Assembly (NCBI GenBank): GCA_049967475.1
Contig: JBMFSQ010000008.1
Coordinates: forward strand, 64,001 to 128,000
From: Chthonomonadales bacterium
GTDB taxonomy: Bacteria > Armatimonadota > Chthonomonadetes > Chthonomonadales > CAJBBX01
Direction of reading: 5' to 3'
DNA: 64,000 bases
In this document: positions 45,317 to 53,860 of the stretch, piece after piece
How the letters are laid out: each line of letters opens with the position of its first letter
How positions within the stretch are numbered: position 1 is the first letter of the stretch
Program-made: the position numbers and the translations under genes
The notes under the pieces: generated by a model
What the model was told of the DNA's origin: nothing
The model's database searches: none
Seen by the model: only the letters and a program-made list of their open reading frames with translations

Positions 45317-46789
45317 TTATCTGCGAAGCCTTAGCCCGATGAGGGGCACGGTGTGCTTGAATAAGTTATCGGCACCCAGCCAAAGCGAGAAATCGTCGTT
45401 GAGACCCACCAGCGCGCGCGCATCCAGTTGCAGATTGTTCGGTTCATAAAGGTCCAGCACTAACGAAGAAGATCGGGTTGCGTGCCATCCAAGCCCTACG
45501 CCCAGTTTTGAGGCGTAGAGGCCATACCTCAGAGAAGCGGAACGCCCAAGGTTCGTTTCGTATTGAGCATTGAGCTTGTTGCGCTCGGCGAAGTCGTAGA
45601 TGCCCAAATCAAAGGCATTGTGCGAGCCGATGGGCAGCCGCATGGACACGTCCGATCGGAAGTGCGGCGCATTCCCTCGCTGGAGGAAGTCTATACTGAA
45701 CTCGGGCCTGCCGATGCCGAACCTGGGAGGGCCCTTTGGAATGTGGATGGAGCCTACCAGGTTGTTGAGGCGCTCCACGAGGGGCCGAGCCTCCTCCGTG
45801 GTCTCTTTGAGCTGTTCCATCGTCGTTTTGATGTTGGATTGAATGGTCGGGTCACCGGTAATCTGGTGAATGTCCGAAGCGATCTGGTTAAATCGGGCTA
45901 CCGTGGCCCTTGCAAGATCGAGCGTGTCCAGCAAGGACTGCTGCAGCCGCGGATCGGTCACTTGTTCCGTGAGGCGCGTGAGAGCGCTGCGTGCAGCGTC
46001 CACCGTGTCGCCTAGGCGCTGCAAGAGATCTACCGCTCCGTTTGCCAGTTCATCGAACTTGCCGCTGTTACGATGTACCATCAGCTTGAGGTCATGACTG
46101 ATGGAGGCTGCAGCGGAGCGGGCAGTGGCGGTGGTCTCCTTCAGGTTGTTCAGCGACGCGTGAAGTGTGCTGCGAATGGCCGGATCGGCGATGATGCGCT
46201 TGGCCGAGGCGGTAGCTTCCTGAAGGTTTGCCATCACCGCATCGGTGCGCTTCAGTATACCCTGAACCTGAGCCATGGTGCGGTTGAGGTTGGGCCCTAC
46301 CTGTTGCAGGGTGGCCGTCAATTGTTTCACTGCCGTGGCGGCTTCGGGTGATAGCTGCGCCAGCGCTCCTGCCGGAGGCTCCACATATTGCGACGGCCAT
46401 GTGTCCCCCGGCTGAAGGGCGGCAGTGGAAGTTCCTGGAATGATCTCGATCTGGGGATTGGTAATGAGGATGCCGGAACTGATGCCGATGCGCGAATCGG
46501 CTGGGATCTTTCCGCGAAACTCATTGCGGATCGCCAGCGTAACCACCGGCCGCAGGCGGGTAGCCGGGTCCTGCGAAAGCTCGATGCGCTCCACCTCGCC
46601 GATGGCCACACCGTTCATGCGGACCGGTGTTTGAACCAACAGTCCCTTTGTGTCCGCAAACACGACACGCAGCCGAAAGTGCGTCCAGTCGAATAGTCCG
46701 TGTGACAAAAACCAATAAACGCCGGCGAAGAGCACCAACCCCACAATGGTGGTGACGCCTACCTTCCCGGCAGCCTTTGTGTCCATCAT
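45317..46789 (-). CDS. MCE/MlaD family protein with long helical region and C-terminal beta-rich domain
   Basis: N-terminal TM, GL..QTPVRMNGVAIGEV MCE motif, coiled-coil middle, C-terminal amphipathic beta strands. Confidence 0.85.
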   Translation of the reverse strand: MMDTKAAGKVGVTTIVGLVLFAGVYWFLSHGLFDWTHFRLRVVFADTKGLLVQTPVRMNGVAIGEVERIELSQDPATRLRPVVTLAIRNEFRGKIPADSRIGISSGILITNPQIEIIPGTSTAALQPGDTWPSQYVEPPAGALAQLSPEAATAVKQLTATLQQVGPNLNRTMAQVQGILKRTDAVMANLQEATASAKRIIADPAIRSTLHASLNNLKETTATARSAAASISHDLKLMVHRNSGKFDELANGAVDLLQRLGDTVDAARSALTRLTEQVTDPRLQQSLLDTLDLARATVARFNQIASDIHQITGDPTIQSNIKTTMEQLKETTEEARPLVERLNNLVGSIHIPKGPPRFGIGRPEFSIDFLQRGNAPHFRSDVSMRLPIGSHNAFDLGIYDFAERNKLNAQYETNLGRSASLRYGLYASKLGVGLGWHATRSSSLVLDLYEPNNLQLDARALVGLNDDFSLWLGADNLFKHTVPLIGLRLRR

Positions 46790-46966
46790 GCTCTCCCACG
46801 CAAGGGTGCTCCCCGAACGCCGCCAGGGATGCGGAACCGAAGCGGCGCCTTACGGCTTTGGGGCCTCCTATGATGACCAATCCCCTTTGCGGGGAAGGCC
46901 TTCAGGACTTTGCTCCCTTGTGCGTCCGGCCCGCGGGTCCGCCCCCGGAACAGGAGGCCCTCGCTC

Positions 46967-47695
46967 TTAGAGTGCTCGCAGGAATGCTTGAACTCGCTCA
47001 TCGTCCGATGCACGGATCTCGTCCGGAGTTCCGTAAGCAATGATGGAGCCATCGGCAATCATGGCGATGCGATCCGCGATGCGAAGGATCGAACTAATGT
47101 CGTGGGACACCACGATCGCTGTGGCGCCTGTCCTATCGCGGGTACGAACAATGAGGTCATCAATCGTGCGGGCGATGACCGGGTCCAAACCGCTTGTCGG
47201 TTCATCATAGCACAGAATTGCGGGCTCCATCGCCAAGGCGCGGGCAAGGCCGACACGCTTTTGCATCCCTCCAGAAAGTTGCGCGGGGTAAAGATCTTCA
47301 GCTCCTTCCATGCCGACCTCGGCGAGCCTCTGACGCACGATGCGCCGGATCTCGGAGGACCCCAATTTGCGGTTGTGGACGAGGCCGAAGGCCACATTCT
47401 CGTAAACGGTCAGCGAATCGAAGAGTGCAGCGTGTTGGAACACAAGTCCGATCCTGAGCCGCACTTCGTCGAGGCGATTTTCCGGAAGAGGAACGATATC
47501 CGTTCCGGAGATCAGGATGCGGCCGGAAGTCGGCTTGATCAATCCGGTGACGCACTTGAGGAGCGTAGTCTTGCCCGATCCGGACATCCCCATCACCGCG
47601 GCGATTTCCCCTGCGCCGACCTCCAGGTTGATTCCTTTCAAGACCGGCTTGCCTGCAAGAGTGAGGTGGACGTCCTCGATTAATGCGGCGCTCAC
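46967..47695 (-). CDS. mlaF: MlaF/Mkl ABC ATPase
   Basis: GMSGSGKT, FQHAALFDSLTV, LSGGMQKRVGLARA, YDEPTSGLDP; GTG overlaps the mlaE stop. Confidence 0.9.
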   Translation of the reverse strand: MSAALIEDVHLTLAGKPVLKGINLEVGAGEIAAVMGMSGSGKTTLLKCVTGLIKPTSGRILISGTDIVPLPENRLDEVRLRIGLVFQHAALFDSLTVYENVAFGLVHNRKLGSSEIRRIVRQRLAEVGMEGAEDLYPAQLSGGMQKRVGLARALAMEPAILCYDEPTSGLDPVIARTIDDLIVRTRDRTGATAIVVSHDISSILRIADRIAMIADGSIIAYGTPDEIRASDDERVQAFLRAL

Positions 47696-48504
47696 TTGCT
47701 GCCCACCGTTCCGCCAGTAAGGATCTGTGCAAGGAAGAAATCGGAGATGAAGATCAGCGCCACACACAGCACAACAGAGCTCGTTGTGGCGCGACCCACG
47801 CCTGTGGCACCTCCGCGCGTTCGGAGGCCTTGCCGGCAGGCAACAATGGCGATGGTGAACCCGAACCACAGGGTTTTCACGAGCCCCCGAAGAAGGTCGC
47901 CGGTCCCCACGAAGGTGCGCGCGGATTGGAGGAACGCTTGATGGGGCACGCCATGGAAGCCGCTCATGAGGAAGGCGCCGAAGGATCCGGCAAGATCCGC
48001 GAATACGCCAATGAGGGGCATCATGAACAGGCAGGCCAGCAGCCGAGGGGCCACCAAGTAACGGATGGGGGACACCGCCATGGCGCGGAGGGCGTCTACC
48101 TGTTCGGTGACGACCATGGACCCGATTTCAGCGGCGATGGCCGCGCCGCTTCGGGCGGCTACTGCTACGCCTGCAAGTACGGGACCCAATTCGTTCAGAA
48201 AGCCGTATACGAGGGTGCCGCCTGCCAGGTTCGTGGCACCGAAGCGAACGAATACCGATACGGTGTAATATGCGAACACAGCCCCCGTAGAAAACGTGAT
48301 GGCTACCACGATGGGGAGGGAATCCACTCCGATGGCGCTCATCTGCAGGAGTGTCTGGGCCAGGGACGCGCGGCCCCTGGCGATGAATGCCAACGCCTGG
48401 CCCGCCAGCATCACTGTTTCGCCTACGAAATTGAGGGCATCGCTTGCCAGAGCGGCAACCATCCCTTTGCCGGGAGACAGTTCCTGTGCTGCTGGAGCAT
48501 TCAT
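47692..48504 (-). CDS. mlaE: MlaE/YrbE permease
   Basis: ELGPVL...ARSGAAIAAEIGSMVVTEQVDAL, GGATGVGRATT. Confidence 0.92.
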   Translation of the reverse strand: MNAPAAQELSPGKGMVAALASDALNFVGETVMLAGQALAFIARGRASLAQTLLQMSAIGVDSLPIVVAITFSTGAVFAYYTVSVFVRFGATNLAGGTLVYGFLNELGPVLAGVAVAARSGAAIAAEIGSMVVTEQVDALRAMAVSPIRYLVAPRLLACLFMMPLIGVFADLAGSFGAFLMSGFHGVPHQAFLQSARTFVGTGDLLRGLVKTLWFGFTIAIVACRQGLRTRGGATGVGRATTSSVVLCVALIFISDFFLAQILTGGTVGSK

Positions 48505-50054
48505 GCGCCAGGCTCCGGTTGGGAGGCCGTCTCCATCTCCAACTCTTTGCGCAGCAGGCGCTTGATGACTTTCCCTGTGCCTCCGCGAGGAAGGCTGTCT
48601 CGGAAGATTACGCGGCGGGGCACTTTGTAGTTGGCGAGGCGTTCCCTGCAGAAGCGAATGATGTCTCGAGAAGTCGCCTGGGCGCCGGGCTTGAGGACCA
48701 CCACGGCTATGACCGTCTCGCCGCGAAGGGCATCGGGAGCGCCGATCACTGCTGCATCCGCTACCGCAGGATGTGCAAAGAGCACTTCTTCTACTTCACG
48801 GGGGTATACGTTGATGCCCCCCACAATGAGCATATCCTTCTTGCGATCCACGATGGTGAAGTAGCCGTCCTCGTCCATAATCCCCAGATCCCCGGTGTGG
48901 TACCAGCCGTTGCGCAGCGCCCGAGCTGTCGCTTCCGGCTGATTGTGGTAGCCCAGCATGACGTTTTCGCCGCGGACTACAATCTCGCCGATTTGCCCCG
49001 GTGGGAGTTCGCGGTCTTCGTCATCGAAGATGCGCATCTCCACTCCGGGTATGGGGAGGCCGATGGTGCCTGGCTTGCGCACGCCATAGAGGGGGTTTAC
49101 CGAAGTAACCGGGGAACACTCGGTAGGGCCGTCTCCCTCAATGATCGTGGTGTGAAAGCGCTGCTCGAATTCCTGCATCACCGCGACGGGCATCGGCGCT
49201 CCTCCGGACACACACACACGCAGGCTGGAAAGATCATATTCCCGCTCCATGGGATATTGGAGCAAGGCCGCGTACATGGCAGGGACACCGGCAAAAACGG
49301 TGATATGATAGCGCTCAATAGCCTCCATCACGCGGGCCGGATGAAACATCTCTATGATGGTGGTGGAGGATCCGCAAAACAGGGGCGTATTCTGGCAGAC
49401 GGTGCCGGCAAAGGAGTGAAATAGGGGCAGCACGCACAGGAAATTGTCCTTCTCGTCGAAGTGCAGTGCCTGGGACACCTGCCGACAGTTTGCCGTTAGG
49501 TTTCGATGGGAGAGCAAGGCGCCTTTGGGTCGGCCCTCCGTTCCCGACGTATAGATCGTCACAGCGGGCGCTTGGTCGGGAACCGGTGGCGCGCCCAACG
49601 GTTCATCGGGTGCCGAACCCGTGAATTCGTCGAACGAAAGTACGTCCGGCGGCAGGCTCTCCGGGGTGCCCGTGCACAGCACGTATTCGAGTAACGGGAG
49701 GCTCTCTTTCGCCTGGAGCGTAGCAGGCAGCATCGCCGGAGCCGTGACCACCGCACGGGCTTGCGCATCGCCCCAGATGTAAACAAGCTCTGGGGCTTTG
49801 AGGAGAGGGTTGGCAGGAACGCATACTCCGCCGATGGCCGTGACCGCATAATAGGTTGTCGTGAACTCCGGCTGATTGGGAAGCAGGAGTGCCACACGGT
49901 CCCCGGCACGGATGCCGAGGGATACGAGTGCGCGGGCTGTTTGATGCACGCGAGTGAGCAGTCCCGCGTAAGTCAGTACGGCTTCACGGAAGTAGATCGC
50001 GGGCCGGTCAGGATGGTGCTGCGCACCCTGTAGAACGCTCGAGTATAGATGCAT
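48501..50054 (-). CDS. Long-chain-fatty-acid--CoA ligase (ANL family)
   Basis: YTSGTEGRPKG, LPLFHSFA, WYHTGDLG, DRKKDMLI, VYPREVE. Confidence 0.88.
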   Translation of the reverse strand: MHLYSSVLQGAQHHPDRPAIYFREAVLTYAGLLTRVHQTARALVSLGIRAGDRVALLLPNQPEFTTTYYAVTAIGGVCVPANPLLKAPELVYIWGDAQARAVVTAPAMLPATLQAKESLPLLEYVLCTGTPESLPPDVLSFDEFTGSAPDEPLGAPPVPDQAPAVTIYTSGTEGRPKGALLSHRNLTANCRQVSQALHFDEKDNFLCVLPLFHSFAGTVCQNTPLFCGSSTTIIEMFHPARVMEAIERYHITVFAGVPAMYAALLQYPMEREYDLSSLRVCVSGGAPMPVAVMQEFEQRFHTTIIEGDGPTECSPVTSVNPLYGVRKPGTIGLPIPGVEMRIFDDEDRELPPGQIGEIVVRGENVMLGYHNQPEATARALRNGWYHTGDLGIMDEDGYFTIVDRKKDMLIVGGINVYPREVEEVLFAHPAVADAAVIGAPDALRGETVIAVVVLKPGAQATSRDIIRFCRERLANYKVPRRVIFRDSLPRGGTGKVIKRLLRKELEMETASQPEPGA

Positions 50055-50232
50055 CGTTTGCCTTCGTGCCCGCAAAGCGCGGGCCTCTCCGGTTCAAGGA
50101 ATTGCAACGGCGCCGCGGAAGCTCGCGGGCGGGTTCCCCGTTCCTTTCTGCTCTTCCAAGACGCAGTGGCGGAGCAGGGGGATCCGCAAGCGTGGGCAGC
50201 ACGTGCTGAGATGATGTTCTCTTTGTCGTTTA

Positions 50233-50261
50233 AGTATAGCCTCTGTTGACTGTGGAGTGAA
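50233..50261 (-). promoter_or_regulatory. Putative promoter of the fadD-mla run
   Basis: Minus strand TTCACT-17 nt-TATACT, about 175 nt upstream of the ATG. Confidence 0.45.
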
Positions 50262-50404
50262 GGTGTGCCGATAGACGCCTGTCCCAGGAGAGCGAATGCG
50301 CGTGCCGTTGCTGCGCCCTCCGCCGGGCTGAAGCCGTTGGCCTCTTGCTTTGGACCGGGAGGCGATGCGACATACAAGGCGCGGGATAGGTGCTTCGCCC
50401 AATG

Positions 50405-51883
50405 TCACGTGCACTTGCGGATCAGATCCTCTTGGCGGGCAAGGCGTTCCCTGTACGACGCATGGTGGTCCCAATGCGGTTGAAGCAGGCGCCCTTCGGG
50501 AAGCGGGATCGAGCTCAAGTCGGTCCGGACGCCTGCCGCCCGCAGAGCCACAAGGGCGGCGCCTCGGCTGGTGGCTTCCAGATCTTCGGAGGCGAGAACG
50601 GGCACCCCCATGGCGTCGGCGATCATCTGGGCAAACACCGGGGCAGCGCGCAAACCACCTCCCGAAGCCACTACGAGATCCAGTTCCGGGAATTGGTCCC
50701 GTAGGATCTGTCCTGCAGCAGCAAACCGGAGCGCCAAACCTTCAAGCATGGAGCGCATGAGGTCGGCTGGTCCTGTTTCCACTGCAAGTCCGGCCAAGAT
50801 GCCTTTGGCTTCTGCGCGCCAACGGAAGGAGCGCTCTCCGGCGAGAAAGGGCACGAATAGAGGGATCCCAGGCGATGGAGCGCAATCCGTGATGGAGGCA
50901 CGGTCCCGCGTGGAGATGCGGAAGGTCTTGGACGCCCATTCCAGATCTTGGCCTCCATCGCTGAAGGCTGCTCCGACTATGGCGTGTTCCCGATCCAGCC
51001 GGTAGCACCACAGGTCGGGGGGAACCGGGCGAGGCGGCCGACGGGTGACGATGCGCAGGGCGCTTGATGTGCCGATGTTGAGGGCTGCCCGATGTTCTCC
51101 CGCGCAGGCGGATCCCACGTTCGAGGCGGCCCCGTCACCGATGGCGGGGATCCACGGGATGTGTTTGAGGGCGGGCCATCGGGATGCCCATGGAGGGCGG
51201 AGTGTGCCGACCGGCGCATCCACGTCAGTCAACGGAGGAAGCTGCGTCCTGGAGATGCCCGCTGCGGCAACGAGTTCTTCGTCCCAGTCGCAGTGGCGCT
51301 GCAGGAACAAACCCGTGGCAGACGCCATACTCACGGAGCATGCCACGCTGCTGATCCATCGGCTCAGAAGGAATTCGCCCGGCGACAACCACATAAATGC
51401 TCGAGCGAATTCCTCCGGCCGGGTGGTCCTAAGCCATAACAGGCGGGCCGGCCAATAGCTGGGGTGGAAGCGGCATCCCGTTCTGCTGTGTACAGCGTCC
51501 TCATCCATATGGGAGCGGAGCCATTGAGCTTGTGGCCATGCTCTCCGCTCTGCCCACGTGTACACTGGGGTTATCGCTGCGCCGGTACGATCAATGCCCA
51601 GCATGCTGTGCCAGAAGGAACAAACGCCCACGGCAGCGATGGAATAGGAGGCGGCGCCGGCTTCCAGAAGGACCTCGTCTATGCACGCGGTGGCAGCGCG
51701 CATCAGACGGCGCGGATCCAGCACTGCGGCGCCAGGCTCCGGGGATGCAAGGCGCAGGTTCCGTTGGGATTGCATCCCTATGATCGGCTTGGCGGAGGCG
51801 TCATAGATGCCGCACTTGACGCGTGAAGTGCCGATATCCAAAGCAAGGACATAGGGCTTTGCGGCAGAGGCCATTGCCGTCAA
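50405..51883 (-). CDS. FGGY carbohydrate kinase, gluconokinase-like
   Basis: LALDIGTS, FWHSMLG, HPSYWPARLLWL, SMASATGL, GDGAASNVG, PFLAGER. Confidence 0.85.
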   Translation of the reverse strand: MTAMASAAKPYVLALDIGTSRVKCGIYDASAKPIIGMQSQRNLRLASPEPGAAVLDPRRLMRAATACIDEVLLEAGAASYSIAAVGVCSFWHSMLGIDRTGAAITPVYTWAERRAWPQAQWLRSHMDEDAVHSRTGCRFHPSYWPARLLWLRTTRPEEFARAFMWLSPGEFLLSRWISSVACSVSMASATGLFLQRHCDWDEELVAAAGISRTQLPPLTDVDAPVGTLRPPWASRWPALKHIPWIPAIGDGAASNVGSACAGEHRAALNIGTSSALRIVTRRPPRPVPPDLWCYRLDREHAIVGAAFSDGGQDLEWASKTFRISTRDRASITDCAPSPGIPLFVPFLAGERSFRWRAEAKGILAGLAVETGPADLMRSMLEGLALRFAAAGQILRDQFPELDLVVASGGGLRAAPVFAQMIADAMGVPVLASEDLEATSRGAALVALRAAGVRTDLSSIPLPEGRLLQPHWDHHASYRERLARQEDLIRKCT

Positions 51884-53091
51884 TCCCCCAGCGCCCGCTT
51901 CATGCGCGAAAGCCCCTCCAGGATATTTCCCTCGGATGTGGCGTAGGAAAGGCGAATGTATTCCTCTTGTTCCAGGCGGCGGCCGAAGCAGGTCCGCGGG
52001 AGGACTGCCACGCCGGCCTCTGCCAGAAGGTAATCGCAGAGGCTGTTTGCATCCGGAAGGCCGATGCGCCGGCAGGCTTGGGTCACATTCGGGAATACAT
52101 AGAACGCGCCCCGTGGATGCACGCAGTGTACGCCTGGGAGCTCATTCAGGAGCTTCGTGATGAGGCTCGCCCGTCGAGCGAATGCCGCCGTCATGGCGTG
52201 GGCTTCGTCTTGGGGTCCGCGGAGGGCTTGGAGGGCTGCCCATTGGGTGAATGTGGCGGTACAGGAATGGATATTCGTTTCGATACGGGCAAGCTGTGCT
52301 GCAAGATCAGGTCGGCAGACGCCGAAGCCGATGCGCCAGCCTGTCATGGAATACGTCTTGGAGAAGCCGTCAACCAGTACCGTCCGGCGCTCCATATCCG
52401 GGATGCTGAAGATCGAGTGAAATTCCCCGTCGAACACGATCTGAGAATATACTTCGTCACTGATGACCCACAGGTCATGTTCGAGAGCCAGGGCGGCTAT
52501 GGCCTCCAAGTCACTTTTTGCAAGCATTCCGCCCGTAGGGTTATGGGGGCTATTGAGAACGATCGCGCGGGTTCGGGGTGTAATGAGGCGCGCCAAAGCT
52601 TCTACATCATAGCTCCAGCCCTTTTGTTCTACAAGGCGTGCGGGGACTGTGGCTGCGCCCATCCACGCAGCTAATGATTCGTAGATCGGATAGCCTGGCG
52701 AAGGGTAGATTACTTCATCACCGGGGTTGATCAGGGCGCTGAGTGCCGCAAAGATCACCGGTTTGGCCCCCGGCGACACCACAACCCAGTCGGCGGTTAC
52801 AGGTACACCCCGCGTGCGCCGGATGTACGCGGCGATAGCCTCGCGCAATTCCGGCAAACCGTTGGATGGGCCATAATGCGTTTGGTTGGCATCCAGAGCA
52901 TCTTTGGCCGCCTGGCGGATATGCGCAGGGGTATCGAAGTCCGGCTCACCCAGTCCAAACGAGATGATGTCGCGGCCTTGGGATCGGAGTTCATTTACCC
53001 TGGCGAGGACGTCGAAGGCGGTTTCGGTGCCGAGGACGGCCATACGGTCGGCGAGTTCAAGCCCTGGGGTGGCGGCGTGTGAGGCAGTCAT
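51880..53091 (-). CDS. Class I/II PLP aminotransferase (aspartate aminotransferase-like)
   Basis: GEPDFDTP, NSPHNPTG, SDEVY, GFSKTYSMTGWRIG, GAFYVF. Confidence 0.92.
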   Translation of the reverse strand: MTASHAATPGLELADRMAVLGTETAFDVLARVNELRSQGRDIISFGLGEPDFDTPAHIRQAAKDALDANQTHYGPSNGLPELREAIAAYIRRTRGVPVTADWVVVSPGAKPVIFAALSALINPGDEVIYPSPGYPIYESLAAWMGAATVPARLVEQKGWSYDVEALARLITPRTRAIVLNSPHNPTGGMLAKSDLEAIAALALEHDLWVISDEVYSQIVFDGEFHSIFSIPDMERRTVLVDGFSKTYSMTGWRIGFGVCRPDLAAQLARIETNIHSCTATFTQWAALQALRGPQDEAHAMTAAFARRASLITKLLNELPGVHCVHPRGAFYVFPNVTQACRRIGLPDANSLCDYLLAEAGVAVLPRTCFGRRLEQEEYIRLSYATSEGNILEGLSRMKRALGD

Positions 53092-53385
53092 AGCTGCATC
53101 CTCCTGTGATGTAGGGTTCGTCGTTGAACGCCTGGAGGCAGCTCAACAGGCAGAGAACTGCGGGCGGACGAAGGGACGTGCGCCGGCGCAGAGCGTTCCA
53201 GCCAGGGTGTATCTTCTTCCGGCTGGTTTGCAATTCCTGCGCCGTACAGATGCCCGATGGGCGGCGTGGAGGCAGGCGAAAAGGGGGGTGGGAGGAGAAT
53301 GGGAATAGGCCCGCGTGGGTTCCTTCCCCGCTTGGCCTCCCATTGCCCCTCAAATGAGAAGTGCGTCCTTCCCTCTCTTGGCGCG

Positions 53386-53736
53386 TTAGGCTACCTTGCG
53401 GAGGGTGAGCCACCAGGTGTGGCGGCGCACCTCTGCTTCGTCGGTGAAGCGGATGCCGTACTCCACCGCGTCAGGTTGGTGGGCGGATGGACCGATGCGC
53501 CGGGTAACTGTGCCTCGAACAGGCCGAAGCTCGAAACCTTCCGGCGCTTCGATGAGCACTTGCGATCCTACGGGTAAATCGGCCGGCAGGGTGCATCGCA
53601 CCCCAGCGCGGCTGATTTCGAGAAGCTCTCCGTACTGTTCGGCGCCCTGGTGGTCGCGAACCTTCACCGACATCGGCCTGATTGCCTGGCGAAGTGCGGA
53701 TCGCCGATCCGGCGGGAGCCCGTGTTCACCATTCAT
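53386..53736 (-). CDS. Stand-alone PilZ-domain protein
   Basis: DRRSALR (RxxxR), EISRAG (variant of D/NxSxxG), YGIRF; AAAGGAGG RBS. Confidence 0.75.
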   Translation of the reverse strand: MNGEHGLPPDRRSALRQAIRPMSVKVRDHQGAEQYGELLEISRAGVRCTLPADLPVGSQVLIEAPEGFELRPVRGTVTRRIGPSAHQPDAVEYGIRFTDEAEVRRHTWWLTLRKVA

Positions 53737-53860
53737 CGTGTTTCCTCCTTTCGACTTTGCGGTGTCCTATATGCGGTTGGTGCCTTCTGCCGGCCCGGTG
53801 GCACGCCTAGCGCTTCTTATTCATGTGGCTCCGACAGCAATCTCGTGCATTTTCGATGCG

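Noticed and set aside
50055..50404. Possible cobalamin riboswitch or tmRNA in the fadD upstream region (GCCACUG...GGAAG on the minus strand; palindrome cagcacgtgctg at 50197-50208)
   Set aside because: The remaining B12-box and GGGAA core elements are missing, and there are no tRNA-like ends or tag peptide; the palindrome alone is too weak.
53300..53345. SRP (4.5S) RNA suggested by GGAAGGAA in a hairpin
   Set aside because: Lacks the conserved CAGG...GGAA...AGCAG domain IV internal loop.
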